Assembly (NCBI GenBank): GCA_965153455.1
Contig: OZ234494.1
Span: 4,774,001-4,838,000 of the forward strand
Direction of reading: 5' to 3'
DNA: 64,000 nucleotides
Source of the DNA: Sphagnum compactum
Lineage: Eukaryota
How positions within the stretch are numbered: position 1 is the stretch's first letter; every line of letters begins with the position of its first letter. The notes under the pieces are model-generated. The model saw only the letters and a list, made by a program, of their open reading frames with translations. It searched no databases and was not told where the DNA came from. The position numbers were made by a program, and so were the translations under genes. Positions 62,865 through 64,000 of the stretch are shown piece after piece.

Positions 62865-64000
62865 GAGTGAGGAAACTGGTTTCAATGGCTTCTGGAAAAT
62901 TTATGTGACTACAAAAACAGAGTTATAAGTGCACAGAAAAAGATTTCCCCATGAAGAACTCCACTCAAGGCATTTGCTCCAAATCCATGGTTGGTATTAA
63001 CCATTTAATGGGGGACAAAATCCATAGTTCAGTTTTTCCAACAGATTGGAATTGTAGCATCTGTGGTTGCATGCTAAATCTGCAAGGACCAGCTGCAAAG
63101 TTGTGCCCAAAATGCTAGTTTTCATGGGCAGAAACATTTACTATTTGGGCAAAATTTGAATTTAGGAGAGTGAGAAGGAAGAAAACAAATAATGAAATTG
63201 GGTCTGCACATACTGCTGCAAAGCTACAGTTGAACATCCAGAGCTTGAATTAGGAGAAACCTCATGTAGATAGGCTACGAGGCAACACTTCTATGTCATG
63301 GGTGATCTCGACCAATTTGAGCATGTAGAGACATGAGACACCAAAAGGGTTTAGCGCGTAAGCTTGGTTAAGGTTCACTGCCACATTCCATACTGAATTT
63401 TTCTGAAGCATGCATGATTGATTAATTAGGTGAGGGATAGAAAGTGAGAACTGTTTTGGTACAATTCTCACTACTTGTCAGAGTTGTTGTACTGAGGTTG
63501 TACATAACCTTTTGTTTAAAGCTTTCAGTTTGTGTGAGTAGTATTGGGGGAAGAAGTCAGGACATACATGGACTGAGAATGTTGTGCTTACACCGCCAAT
63601 TAAGTCAATTCATATGCTAGCATAACACTCTGATGATATGTACATTTCTGTCTTGCAATCTACTTCCATGATGTCCCAACAATTGTCCTGCCAAGAATGT
63701 CAGGCTGTAGTCATATACTCTCTCCCTCTTGCTCTCTCTCTCATATGTATTTGTTGTGCTCCAAACATCTGCATGGGAGTTCATTGTGGGTTCTCAGCAA
63801 AGTTTGGAATTCTAAATTTCTTGGGTTGGTTTTGATCTTTATCTAACGGTCTCTACGTTTCATGCAACGACATATACTTGTGCAATAATGTTTCTTGTTG
63901 TTGGATATCCACCTCAATAGTAGGTAATACAGCATAAGTTCAGACTTTTTAATTGTTGGTTGGTTCTTGTAAATGAGAAGCTAGTCTTTGGGAATTTGGA

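Overview
AT-rich eukaryotic nuclear DNA from a non-seed land plant, probably a moss. This is inferred from GT-AG introns, TTTAGGG repeats, a betaine-lipid gene and a fungal-type (Tcn1/Tf1-like) chromovirus. Five intron-containing genes on the + strand can be assembled by hand into open frames: a CYP704B-like P450, a stand-alone BtaB-type betaine-lipid methyltransferase, a GH20 beta-hexosaminidase, a SYP3/syntaxin-5 Qa-SNARE and an NPH3-like BTB protein. A full-length Ty3/Gypsy chromovirus on the - strand (21278-27348) has 267-bp LTRs differing at one base and a CCTAA target-site duplication, but its pol gene is disabled. The rest is MITEs, decayed DNA transposons and tandem repeats. Highlights: (1) the retrotransposon has no tRNA primer site and instead shows a Tf1-style self-priming signature plus a -1 frameshift cassette; (2) the BTA1 homologue stops after the BtaB domain, with no BtaA domain seen; (3) duplicated splice junctions in two genes create candidate poison splice sites. 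All family assignments come from recalled motifs; no database search was run.
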